The position numbers were made by a program, and so were the translations under genes. Positions 46,646 through 55,570 of a stretch of DNA of 64,000 nucleotides are shown here, piece after piece (the first letter of the stretch is position 1; the number at the start of each line of letters is the position of its first letter). The DNA comes from Dehalococcoidia bacterium (lineage in GTDB: Bacteria; Chloroflexota; Dehalococcoidia; Bin125): NCBI GenBank assembly GCA_965220315.1, contig CBDCPP010000002.1, positions 690,146 to 754,145 of the forward strand. The letters are read 5' to 3'. The notes under the pieces were generated by a model. It was not told the DNA's origin. It did not search any database and was given only the letters and a program-made list of their open reading frames with translations.

Positions 46646-47677
46646 ATGAGCTATTCGTTGATCGACCTCTTTGCGGGTGCTGGCGGACTTACACAGGGTT
46701 TTTCCGCTGCCGGGTTCAAACCCGTTTTTGCGGTCGAGAAGGATCCTGATGCTGCTGAGACGTACCGCGCCAACTTTGGCGGTCATGTCCACGCCAGCCC
46801 TATCGAGTCCATCCACAACGACGACTTCCCCGAGGCTCAGGTCGTCGTGGGCGGTCCTCCCTGCCAAGGATTCTCACCGCTCGGCAAGATGAATAGTGGC
46901 GGAAGGAACATGGCGCTAAACGGCCTCTGGCGTGAATACATACGTGTCGTTCAAGCCGTCGAGCCCAAGGTCTTCGTCCTCGAAAATGTTCCTCCGTTCC
47001 TGCGCTCGGCTGAATACGACGCACTTCGTCGCGAGGTGGAGATGGCGGGTTACGAATTGACCGCCGGAATTGTGAACGCGGTCGATTTTGGTGTTGCACA
47101 GAGGCGGCGACGTGCGCTCGTTGTCGGCTCGCGGATCGGGAAGCCCCAGCTTCCCAGCCCTACCGTTGCTTTGGTTGCGACGGTCGGCCAAGCGATCAAG
47201 CGGCTGGGTGAGCCGACTGGTTACGGCGAGTCAATGGAGTCGGGGGCCCTTTCATCGGGTATGGTCCTTCATTTCAAGCGGAGATCGAGAGCGATTTCGA
47301 TCGAGCGATACCGGCTCATCCCACAGGGAGGGAATCGATTCACTCTTCGAGATAAAGCTCCGAAGCTCCTCCCGAAGTGCTGGCGAGATAAGCCTACTGG
47401 GAGCACCGATGTACTCGGGCGGCTGTGTTGGGATAAGCCCGCCCTCACGATCCGTACGGAGTTTTGGAAGCCGGAGAAAGGGCGCTATCTCCATCCTTGT
47501 CAGAACCGAGGCCTGACGCATCTGGAGGCAAGCCTTCTCCAGGGGTTCTCCGAGGACTATCGCTGGAGTGGCAGCAAGATCTCGGTCGCCCGACAGATCG
47601 GGAACGCTGTTCCGCCGCCGCTGGCCAATGCTGTAGCGGAAGAAGTGATTTCGCTCCTGAAGCGCCGTCGTCGATAG
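46646..47677 (+). CDS. DNA (cytosine-5)-methyltransferase
   Basis: Motif I DLFAGAGGL, motif IV GGPPCQGFS (catalytic Cys codon 46862-46864), motif VI ENV, motif VIII QRRRRA, motif X GNAVPPPLA. Trimmed to ATG 46646. Confidence 0.95.
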   Translation: MSYSLIDLFAGAGGLTQGFSAAGFKPVFAVEKDPDAAETYRANFGGHVHASPIESIHNDDFPEAQVVVGGPPCQGFSPLGKMNSGGRNMALNGLWREYIRVVQAVEPKVFVLENVPPFLRSAEYDALRREVEMAGYELTAGIVNAVDFGVAQRRRRALVVGSRIGKPQLPSPTVALVATVGQAIKRLGEPTGYGESMESGALSSGMVLHFKRRSRAISIERYRLIPQGGNRFTLRDKAPKLLPKCWRDKPTGSTDVLGRLCWDKPALTIRTEFWKPEKGRYLHPCQNRGLTHLEASLLQGFSEDYRWSGSKISVARQIGNAVPPPLANAVAEEVISLLKRRRR

Positions 47678-47678
47678 C

Positions 47679-48335
47679 ATGTCGTCCGTCGAAGGTCCGA
47701 CGGACCTCCGCTTCAGGCGGGTAATGCTCCACCAGTCAAAGATCAGTCTGCGTCGATTCCCGTGGCGCGAGTCCACCGATCCCTACGAAGTCCTGATCGG
47801 TGAGGTGCTCCTCCAGCGCACGCGGGGAGAGAATGTTGTAGCCGTCTATCGGGAGTTCTTGAGGCTGTGGCCGGATGCAGGCGCGCTGGATTCGGCTCGG
47901 GTGAGTTCGATCGCTCGAGTGATTAGGCCGCTCGGGCTCGCCAAGCGTGCACCGATCCTAAAGCAACTCGGGCGAGCGATCGTTGAGATCGGCGGTGTGC
48001 CGCATACTCCTACGGAGCTTGATCGACTCCCAGGTGTGGGACGGTACGGTGCTCACGCGGTACCTATCTTCGCTCTCCACCGAAACCTACCCCTAGTCGA
48101 TTGGGTCATCGCGCGGGTCCTGCGTCGCTATTTTGGACTCACCGACGGAGGTCGGCCGAACACAGACGCCGAGTTGTGGGATACGGCAGAGCAGCTCGTG
48201 AGGAGCCGGCGTGCACGGGATCTTTGGTTGGGTGTTATCGACTTCGCTGATGCCGTATGCAAGCGGAACCCCCGGTGTGGCGAGTGCCCGCTTCGTCAGT
48301 CGTGCGCGAATCCCGTTGGCCTGGTCCGCTCTTGA
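47679..48335 (+). CDS. HhH-GPD superfamily DNA glycosylase, MutY/Mig-like, with a 4Fe-4S loop
   Basis: FPWRESTDPYEVLIGEVLLQRT, HhH LPGVGRYGAHAV, VDWVIARVLRR. The Cys cluster is C194-x5-C-x2-C-x5-C209 (48258-48305). The ATG lies 1 nt after the methyltransferase stop. Confidence 0.8.
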   Translation: MSSVEGPTDLRFRRVMLHQSKISLRRFPWRESTDPYEVLIGEVLLQRTRGENVVAVYREFLRLWPDAGALDSARVSSIARVIRPLGLAKRAPILKQLGRAIVEIGGVPHTPTELDRLPGVGRYGAHAVPIFALHRNLPLVDWVIARVLRRYFGLTDGGRPNTDAELWDTAEQLVRSRRARDLWLGVIDFADAVCKRNPRCGECPLRQSCANPVGLVRS

Positions 48336-48380
48336 GTCACAGCATCCTGCTCGAAGTGGAATCCTGCGTGCTCCTACATC

Positions 48381-48719
48381 CTAAGGTTGGGCGTTCTCGG
48401 CGTCCCAGAGGAACAGGCGAAGTGTCTGAATTTTGAGCGCCGGACCTTCGTAACCGTCCCCGCCCGCGATCGCGGGCATGATCTGGATCTCCGCGCCGTC
48501 CGGTACCCGCTCCAGCAACCCTTCCGCTCCCACGACGCCGTTCACCGCCAGCGCTAGGTCCGGACGCACGGCGTCCCCTTCGAGGATTCGCGCGGCGATC
48601 CCCGGACATGACGCGTCGAGGTTCTCGACGATCTGCCGCAGCGTTGCCCCTTCGACTTCGACCTCACTTCGGCCGCCGCAGCGGTCGCGCAGCGTCGCGG
48701 GGATGAAGACGCGAGCCAC
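48381..48719 (-). CDS. MoaD/ThiS-family ubiquitin-like protein with an extension after the Gly-Gly
   Basis: Trimmed to GTG 48719 (VARVFIPATLRDR). It contains ...IMPAIAGG followed by 25 further residues. It lies 10 nt downstream of the Mo-subunit gene. Confidence 0.65.
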   Translation of the reverse strand: MARVFIPATLRDRCGGRSEVEVEGATLRQIVENLDASCPGIAARILEGDAVRPDLALAVNGVVGAEGLLERVPDGAEIQIMPAIAGGDGYEGPALKIQTLRLFLWDAENAQP

Positions 48720-48729
48720 GGCCGGACCG

Positions 48730-51015
48730 CTATTCCTCGCCGGGCAGCAGCTTCTCGAGCACCGCGGCCGGGGAGATCGGGAGTTCGTTGAAGCGATGTC
48801 CCGTCGCTGCATACACCGCGTTCGCGATGGCTGCCAGTGGCGGCACGATCGGTACCTCGCCCACGCCCCGCACCCCATAGGGATGCCCGGGGTTCGGCAC
48901 CTCGACCAACACCGTTTCGATCATCGGCAAGTCCAGCGCGGTCGGCATGCGGTAGTCTAGGAAGCTCGCGTTCTCCATCCGCCCCTTCTCGTTGAAGCGA
49001 TACTCCTCGTTGAGCGCCCACCCCACGCCCTGCGACACGCCGCCTTGGATCTGTCCTTCCACGTACGCCGGATGGATCGCCGTGCCCACGTCCTGCGTGG
49101 CCGTATAGCGCAGGACCTTGACGCCCCCCGTCTCCGGGTCGACCTCCACGTCGACGACGTGCGTCGCGAACGTCGGCGCCGCGCTCGCGTGGTTGCTGTC
49201 CGCCCGTCCCACGATCATCCCGCCCGTGCTTGCCAGCTTCGCCGCCAGCTCCGTGAACGTGATCGAGCGCTCGCCACCCTCCTCCCCGGCCGGACCGACG
49301 ATCACCGCGTCGTCCCGGTAGCGCACCTGCTCGGCCTCGACGCTCCAGATCTTGGCCGCCCGTGCGGCCAACTGCTGGCGCAGGTCCAGCCCTGCCTCGT
49401 GCGCGGCCCAGCCGCCGGCGAAGGCCGTGCGGCTCCCGCCCGTCACGTTCGTGAAGCCGACGGAGTCCGTGTCGACCACCTGTGGGATCACGCGCTCGGC
49501 CGGAATGCCCAGTGTCTCCGCGAGCTGCATCGCAATCGACGCGCGGGTGCCGCCGATGTCCGGCGACCCCAGCACCAGCGCCACCGTCCCGTCTGAGTTG
49601 ACGCTGGCGTAGGCGCTCGACTCCAGCCCCGCGTTGTACCAGTACCCGTGCGCCACGCCGCGGCCTCGATGGGAGCCCTGCAGCTCTGACCGGTAGTGCG
49701 GGCTGTTCTGGATCGCCTCCAGACAATCGCGGCTCCCGATCATGCCGAAGGCCGCTCCGTCGGCGTTGCGCGTTCCCTCCACGACCGCGTTTTGGAGCCG
49801 CAGATCGATCGGGTCGCGCTCCAACTGCTCCGCCAGCTCGTCCATTACGGAATCCGTCGCGAAGCAGGCGGCCGGCGCGCCGGGCGCGCGATAGGGCTGC
49901 ACCTTGGGCTTGTTGACGAGCACGTCGTAGCCGTCGATACGTTGGTTCGGGATCGCATAAGGGGCGAAGATGCAGCGCACGCCCGCGGCCACCGGCGACC
50001 CCGGGAACGCACCGGCCTCGTAGACCAGCTCGGCCTTCGCTGCGACGAGCGTGCCGTCGCGCTTGGCGCCCAGCTTCACGCGGATCGCGGTGCCGGAAGT
50101 CGGTCCGGTCGCGCGGAAGACTTCATCGCGCGTCATCGTCAGCTTGACCGGCTTGCCCGTCTTGCGGGACAGCACTGCGGCCAGCGGTTCCAGATAAACG
50201 AAGATCTTCCCGCCGAAGCCGCCGCCGATCTCCTGCGGCGTGACGCGGATCTTCGACACCGGATGCTCCAGCAGGCCGGCCAAGTGGTCGCGCATGACGA
50301 AAGTTGCCTGCGTGCTGCACCAAATCTCGAGACCGCCGTCGTGCCGCCAGAATGCGGTGGCGTTCTGCGGCTCGATGTAGCCCTGATGCACCATCTTCGT
50401 TTTGAAGGCACGCTCCAGGACGATGTCCGCCTCCGCGAACCCCGCCTCCACATCCCCCGTCTCCGTCACGAAGTGCATCGCGACGTTGCTTGGCTGGTCG
50501 GCCGACTCGCGCGTCGCCATCTCGCGCGTACGCAGCTCTTCGTCGACCAGCGGCGCGGAGGCCAACATCGCCTCGCCGACGTCCAGGACGGCGGGAAACT
50601 CCTCGTACTCAACCTCGATCAGCTCCAACGCATCCTCGGCGATGTGCGGATCCGTCGCGCAGACCGCCGCCACCGGATGCCCCTCATAGAGCACTTTGTC
50701 GCGCGCCATGACATTGCCGGAGAGAGTCTTGAGGCTGATCTTGACCGATCCCAGCGGCGCGTACTCTCTTTTCTCCTTGCGCGGTAGGTCCTCCGCCGTC
50801 ATCACCGCCCGTACGCCCGGAAGCGCCAAGGCTTTCGACGCATCGATCCGCTTGATCTTCCCGTGTGCGATCGGGCTGCGCTTCACCCGTCCGTACAGCA
50901 TGCCCGGCAGCCGGATGTCCGCGCCGTAGTTCGCCCGCCCCGTGACCTTATCGGTCCCGTCCGGCCGAATCGGGCGCGTCCCGACAACTTTGTAGGGTTT
51001 TTCCGTCGTCACCAT
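48730..51015 (-). CDS. Xanthine dehydrogenase family molybdopterin-binding subunit
   Basis: 761 aa with an N-terminal KVVGTRPIRPDGTDKVTGRANYGAD pattern. The active-site region reads QPYRAPGAP. Confidence 0.9.
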   Translation of the reverse strand: MVTTEKPYKVVGTRPIRPDGTDKVTGRANYGADIRLPGMLYGRVKRSPIAHGKIKRIDASKALALPGVRAVMTAEDLPRKEKREYAPLGSVKISLKTLSGNVMARDKVLYEGHPVAAVCATDPHIAEDALELIEVEYEEFPAVLDVGEAMLASAPLVDEELRTREMATRESADQPSNVAMHFVTETGDVEAGFAEADIVLERAFKTKMVHQGYIEPQNATAFWRHDGGLEIWCSTQATFVMRDHLAGLLEHPVSKIRVTPQEIGGGFGGKIFVYLEPLAAVLSRKTGKPVKLTMTRDEVFRATGPTSGTAIRVKLGAKRDGTLVAAKAELVYEAGAFPGSPVAAGVRCIFAPYAIPNQRIDGYDVLVNKPKVQPYRAPGAPAACFATDSVMDELAEQLERDPIDLRLQNAVVEGTRNADGAAFGMIGSRDCLEAIQNSPHYRSELQGSHRGRGVAHGYWYNAGLESSAYASVNSDGTVALVLGSPDIGGTRASIAMQLAETLGIPAERVIPQVVDTDSVGFTNVTGGSRTAFAGGWAAHEAGLDLRQQLAARAAKIWSVEAEQVRYRDDAVIVGPAGEEGGERSITFTELAAKLASTGGMIVGRADSNHASAAPTFATHVVDVEVDPETGGVKVLRYTATQDVGTAIHPAYVEGQIQGGVSQGVGWALNEEYRFNEKGRMENASFLDYRMPTALDLPMIETVLVEVPNPGHPYGVRGVGEVPIVPPLAAIANAVYAATGHRFNELPISPAAVLEKLLPGEE

Positions 51016-51512
51016 CAGGCAGACCCCTTCCCGTCGCCGGCCGCGTCGAGCACCGCCTGCACAATCTTGTCATAACCCGTGCAGCGACAGAGGTTGCCGG
51101 CCAGCCATAGGCGCACTTCATCTTCCGTAGGGTTTGGGTTGACGTCCAGCAGCGCCTTCGCCGCGACGATGAACCCCGGCGTACAGATCCCGCACTGCAG
51201 GGCCGCATCCTCCAGAAAGGTCTGCTGCAACGGGTGCAGCCCCTCGCTCGACGCGATCCCTTCGATCGTCGTAATCGCCGACCCTTCCACCTCCGCCGCC
51301 ATCACCAGGCACGAGCAGACGATGCGGCCGTCCAGGATCACCGTGCAGGCGCCGCAATTGCCGTTGTTGCAGCCCTCCTTGACCCCCATGAGGCCGATGC
51401 GCTCGCGCAGCGCCTCCAGCAGGCTGTCGCGCTCGTCCGCGAGGAACTCCTGTGGCTCGCCGTTGATCGTCGCCCCGACGACGATGCGGCGCGTGCCCGC
51501 CTCCGCCGTCAC
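51015..51512 (-). CDS. (2Fe-2S)-binding subunit
   Basis: CNNGNCGACTV and CGICTPG motifs. Trimmed to GTG 51512, with a GTGA overlap with the FAD-subunit stop. Confidence 0.9.
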   Translation of the reverse strand: MTAEAGTRRIVVGATINGEPQEFLADERDSLLEALRERIGLMGVKEGCNNGNCGACTVILDGRIVCSCLVMAAEVEGSAITTIEGIASSEGLHPLQQTFLEDAALQCGICTPGFIVAAKALLDVNPNPTEDEVRLWLAGNLCRCTGYDKIVQAVLDAAGDGKGSA

Positions 51513-52381
51513 GGTGTCCCTCCCGCTCGCTCCGCGGCGGCGCGGATGCAGCGCGCCACCAACACGCCAGCCAGGTGCCGGCGTTGCTTCACGGTCCCGC
51601 GCATGTCGTCGATCGGTCTGGCGGCCGCGCGGGCGGCTGCGGCTGCCGCCTCGATCGCCGCGTCCGACAGCGGTTCGCCGGTCAGCGCCGCGCCCGCCTC
51701 CTCGACCAGCAGCGGCGTGGGGGCAACCGCTCCCACCGCTACCCGCGCGCTGCCGACCCGATCTCCGTCGAAGCGGAGGCTGACCGCCGCGTTCGTCACG
51801 GCGATATCCATCTCCCCACGGGGGATGAAGCGCCGGAATGCGGCGCCGGTACGGTCGTTCGGCGGCGGCACCCGCAGCGCCACGACAAACTCGCCGCCTC
51901 CCAACACGTTCCGCCCCGGGCCCGTGCAGAAATTCTCGACCGCCACCGTCCGCCGCCCGTTCGGTCCCGCGATCTCGACCGTTGTCCCCAGCGCGATCAG
52001 CGCCGGGATGCTGTCCCCCGCAGGAGACGCATTGCACAGATTGCCGCCCAGGCTGGCTCGGCCCTGGATCGCGACGCCGCCGATCAGCGTGGAGCAATCG
52101 ATCAGGCAGGGATAGTGTTCTTGTACCGTCGGGTCGGCGGCGATGCGATAGCAGGGCGCCGCTGCGCCGATCGTGAGGCCGGCCGCCGGCTCGTAGTGGA
52201 TCGCCGTGAGCGGCTCCAGCGCCTTCACGTCCACGAACAGGTCGACGTCGATGCGTCGCTCCCGCGCCAGAACGATCAGATCGGTACCGCCTGCCAGGAC
52301 GCGGGCGCGAGGCCCGCCCCGCTCCAGCAGTTCCACCGCTTCTTCGACGGAAGACGGGCGCGCGTAGTTCACGGCCTGCAC
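51509..52381 (-). CDS. FAD-binding subunit of a xanthine dehydrogenase family enzyme
   Basis: VLAGGTDLIVLARER motif, 290 aa. Confidence 0.9.
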   Translation of the reverse strand: MQAVNYARPSSVEEAVELLERGGPRARVLAGGTDLIVLARERRIDVDLFVDVKALEPLTAIHYEPAAGLTIGAAAPCYRIAADPTVQEHYPCLIDCSTLIGGVAIQGRASLGGNLCNASPAGDSIPALIALGTTVEIAGPNGRRTVAVENFCTGPGRNVLGGGEFVVALRVPPPNDRTGAAFRRFIPRGEMDIAVTNAAVSLRFDGDRVGSARVAVGAVAPTPLLVEEAGAALTGEPLSDAAIEAAAAAARAAARPIDDMRGTVKQRRHLAGVLVARCIRAAAERAGGTP

Positions 52382-52774
52382 GATGACTACCCTAACCAGC
52401 GACGCCCGCGGCGACGATCATCCACCGGCCACGAAACCGCTGCCGGACAAGGGCGCCACGGCCGTGCTCTCGGCTTGAGTCGGTTTGATCACGCGCATGA
52501 GCGTCTCAAATTCCCAACGGCATTGCCCGACGGCTGCTGCGCGGCCACCGGTTCCACGCAGGACAAAGTAGTCGCCGCTGAGCGGCAGTGACAACCCCAA
52601 GCTGCTTCTTGGTTAGGGAGCTGTGGGGCCGTAGCGCTGTACCATGGCAGACGCGCTTGATGAATTCCCTCCGTCGATGAACTCGGTCTCGCCTCGCTGC
52701 AGTGGCATTGTATGGTGGGTTTCCGAAGCCGCTGCATGCCCCAGTGTCACCGACGGCGCCGCCAGGGGATCGCA

Positions 52775-53890
52775 ATGCTCAACAAGGACCGCTTGCGACG
52801 CGCCCAGGAGCGCATGCGGGATCAAGGCATCGACGCCTATCTCATCCTGACTCACGACGATTACATCTATTTCTTCGGCGAAGATCGCTTCCAGCCTCGT
52901 GCCATCGTCCCGGCAACGGGGCCGCCCATCATCGTCACGTTTATCGGTGAGGAGGATGAGGTCAGGAGGTCGATCGGCGTCGCAGACGCCAGAGTCTTCG
53001 GAACCGTCGGCCAGCAGATCAAGGATGTCGTCGGCGCAATGCGCGAAATGATTGGCGACAAGGAGTCGATGACAGTAGGGGTGCAAATGTGGTTCAGCAC
53101 TCCTGCATTCCTGCTCACACTGTTTCAGCGAGCCAATCCAAAGGTGCAGGTTGTTGACATCGCCCCGGTCATGGACGAACTCCGCATGATCAAAGACGAG
53201 GGAGAGATAGAGCTAATCCGTCGTGCGGCGCGAATCGCCGCAGCAGGAATGGAGGCGGCGACCCGGTACCTCAGGCCGGGAGCCACGGAGAATGAGGTTG
53301 GAGCCGAGATCGAGTATGCGATGCGAAAGGCCGGTGGGAGTGGGGTTGCGACGCCCGTCTTCGTAAATTCCGGAGTGCGATCGGGCTGGCTGCATGGCAC
53401 GACTTCACACAAGGAGATTGAGGTTGGCGATCTTGTCGTGGTCGATGTGGTCCCCAGGTACAAGGGCTATTGCGCCAACATGACGCGCTCGTTTGTCATC
53501 GGGCCGCCCACATCGGAGCAGCGCGATATGTTCGAGACATACCAGCGGGCGCAGGCGGCGGGAATTGAGGCGCTTAGGCCGGGCGCGCGGAATCGCGACA
53601 TAGACGCAGCAGCCCAGGATGTCTTCTCCGCAGCCGGCTATGGAGATTTCTACATCTCTGGGATCAGTCACGGCATCGGCCTCGATTTCGAGGAACTGCC
53701 CCGGCCGACTATTCATCCTGCCGACTCGCGCGTTGAGCTTCGTAAGAATATGGCTGTGACCGTTGGGCACTCCGTGCTTTCCGTGCCCGGCATAGGCGGG
53801 GTACGCATTGAAGACACGTTCCACCTGACGGGTGAGCGGCCTGAGCCGCTAACGCTGTACGACCCCGGTTTCGAGCTTGCCGCCGATTAG
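52775..53890 (+). CDS. M24 family metallopeptidase (Xaa-Pro peptidase/creatinase-like)
   Basis: Trimmed to ATG 52775 (MLNKDRLRRAQERMRDQGIDAYLIL). Metal-ligand regions DVVPRYKGYCANMTR and HGIGLDFEE. Confidence 0.85.
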   Translation: MLNKDRLRRAQERMRDQGIDAYLILTHDDYIYFFGEDRFQPRAIVPATGPPIIVTFIGEEDEVRRSIGVADARVFGTVGQQIKDVVGAMREMIGDKESMTVGVQMWFSTPAFLLTLFQRANPKVQVVDIAPVMDELRMIKDEGEIELIRRAARIAAAGMEAATRYLRPGATENEVGAEIEYAMRKAGGSGVATPVFVNSGVRSGWLHGTTSHKEIEVGDLVVVDVVPRYKGYCANMTRSFVIGPPTSEQRDMFETYQRAQAAGIEALRPGARNRDIDAAAQDVFSAAGYGDFYISGISHGIGLDFEELPRPTIHPADSRVELRKNMAVTVGHSVLSVPGIGGVRIEDTFHLTGERPEPLTLYDPGFELAAD

Positions 53891-54206
53891 TACGAAGTTC
53901 GCTAAGAGGATCGGCCCCGTGCCCGCTCGACCCGCCGTTTATCGCAGGCCACTCGGCGTGGATGAAGCGGTGATTGCTGCGCCTTAAGCCCGGTCCGCTG
54001 TTCCCGAGGCGGCCTTGATGGCGTGGTGCTGGTAACGGTGGATGGTTTGCTCCAGCGTCTGGTCGTCAGGGGGCATGGGGACTTGGGCGTTGCGCAGCGA
54101 GTTCGTGCGCGTCGTGCGGTCAGGCATGTCCGATCCAAACAGGGGTGGGTTCTGGCCTGGACTGCTCATTGCGGATTCACGGCTTGAGTAGCTGTCCCCA
54201 AGCTGG

Positions 54207-55526
54207 CTACCCGCTCGTGACGCGCGCTGCGCGTTCGATGTCTTTCGGGCAGACGTGGGTCAGCGGGCAGTGACCGCAGTTCGGCGTCCCCGCGTGACAC
54301 CAGTTGCGCCCTACGTCCCAGACGGGGAAGTCGAGCGCTCCCGGTCGTGAAGGGTGGAGTTGCCGTGCGACGGCGATCATGTGGTCGGGAGCATCCCGAT
54401 CCGCAAGCCGGGACCGAAGGAAGACGCGGCGGACGTGCACATCGACGGCCACATCGCTGCCCGCCATGCGGTCGACGGGCACGCCGAGGTCGCGATTGAG
54501 GATCTCGACCGCCATCGCAGCCTTCTTCTGGCCTATTCCGTTGAACTCGCTGAGCCGCCGCTGTAGCTCTACCGCCGATGGTCGGTCCGACCAGATCGCG
54601 GACGCATCGCCGCGGTAGTTCTGCTGAACCCTTCGCGCCGCGCCGACGAGCCATCGCGGCATCTTCTCGACGTAGCGGTGCAATTTCGGCTGCATCTGAA
54701 TCGCGCGCCGGACGGCCTCCGGGTTGCTGATGATCTGTGCGGGATCGAGGTGTCCGATACGTTGCCGTAACTGGTGCGGGGCGGTCCATGCGCGTTCGGC
54801 AGGGATGCCCTGATCGAAAAGCACCGCCGTGAGGAAGGCGAACGCATCCGTCTTCACAAGCGCATTGGCTTCGGCGTTGGGGGTGAAGTCCGGTGCGGCC
54901 TCGGCGTTGCCGGGTTCGAGGGTTGAGCCGTACCGCAATAATGCAGCGGCGATCGCTTGACGCGCCGCGTGGCCGTCGCTCTCCGCCGTGATCTCCTCGG
55001 GGCCCGGCCCCGGCGCCGTCGTGGCCGGCAGCGACGATCGGACGCGCCGTTGTGTGCTCAGTCTCCCCCACGCGGCGGCGCGCAGAAGAGCATGTCTGCT
55101 CCAACCCTCAATGTCGTCGAGCCGGATCTTGACCGCGCGGCTCCGCGGACTGTACCGGCCGACCGCTTCTTCGGACATCACGGCGACGGTGAAACCGACA
55201 TACTCAGGGGGGATGGGGTCGGTCGGCCGCAGATGTCGCTTCGTCACCTTGATCAGACTGAGCAAGCTTTGTGAGCGTGCGAAGTCGTCCGCCTCTACCC
55301 CCTCGACTGTCGGTGCACCTTCGACCCATGTCACCGAGTGGAGCCGAGGTCGGCCATACACCGTGCGTCGGCTGACGCCGTGCCGGATGCGGAACTCGCC
55401 GCCCTCGAACCGCATAAGAGCGGCGTAGCCACGCTCGAAGTGCTCGGTTTCCTCTGGCCAGCGCCAAGAGAACGAGCCCAACCCGTTGGCGCTGATGAGG
55501 CGGATGTCCGGCGTCAACGTCGGCAC
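54207..55526 (-). CDS. Endonuclease III-like HhH-GPD/4Fe-4S domain protein with an unassigned ~190-aa N-terminal domain
   Basis: HhH FNGIGQKKAAMAV, VDVHVRRVFLR, canonical C-x6-C-x2-C-x5-C (CHAGTPNCGHCPLTHVC, 54249-54299). The start is uncertain (GTG 55526 or TTG 55517); the ORF beyond that overlaps the DDN gene. Confidence 0.6.
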   Translation of the reverse strand: MPTLTPDIRLISANGLGSFSWRWPEETEHFERGYAALMRFEGGEFRIRHGVSRRTVYGRPRLHSVTWVEGAPTVEGVEADDFARSQSLLSLIKVTKRHLRPTDPIPPEYVGFTVAVMSEEAVGRYSPRSRAVKIRLDDIEGWSRHALLRAAAWGRLSTQRRVRSSLPATTAPGPGPEEITAESDGHAARQAIAAALLRYGSTLEPGNAEAAPDFTPNAEANALVKTDAFAFLTAVLFDQGIPAERAWTAPHQLRQRIGHLDPAQIISNPEAVRRAIQMQPKLHRYVEKMPRWLVGAARRVQQNYRGDASAIWSDRPSAVELQRRLSEFNGIGQKKAAMAVEILNRDLGVPVDRMAGSDVAVDVHVRRVFLRSRLADRDAPDHMIAVARQLHPSRPGALDFPVWDVGRNWCHAGTPNCGHCPLTHVCPKDIERAARVTSG

Positions 55527-55570
55527 TCCTCTACTGCTAGTTCGGTGGTTCCGGGTTGCGCCTGCGCCTG

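Noticed and set aside
42600-48400. Searched the island edges for target-site duplications, att-like direct repeats, inverted terminal repeats or an adjacent tRNA.
   Set aside because: Only a trivial 7-bp ATCCTGC direct repeat near 48345/48362 was seen. Nothing supports a defined mobile-element boundary, so the island is reported on composition and content alone.
52382-52774. Possible molybdenum-cofactor (Moco) riboswitch or other structured leader in the ~390-bp divergent spacer upstream of the second molybdoenzyme operon.
   Set aside because: I could not identify conserved Moco-motif elements or a convincing stem architecture by eye. A covariance-model scan (Rfam Moco_RNA_motif) would be needed, so no claim is made.
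53984-54169. A 61-aa minus-strand ORF whose segment LRNAQVPMPPDDQTLEQTIHRYQHH loosely resembles the C-terminal LLGHxxxxTTxxYxH region of tyrosine recombinases. It could be an integrase remnant.
   Set aside because: The conserved Gly-His is absent, the match is short and gapped, and no upstream recombinase sequence exists because that space is occupied by the EndoIII-like gene. This is too weak to report as a mobile-element relic.
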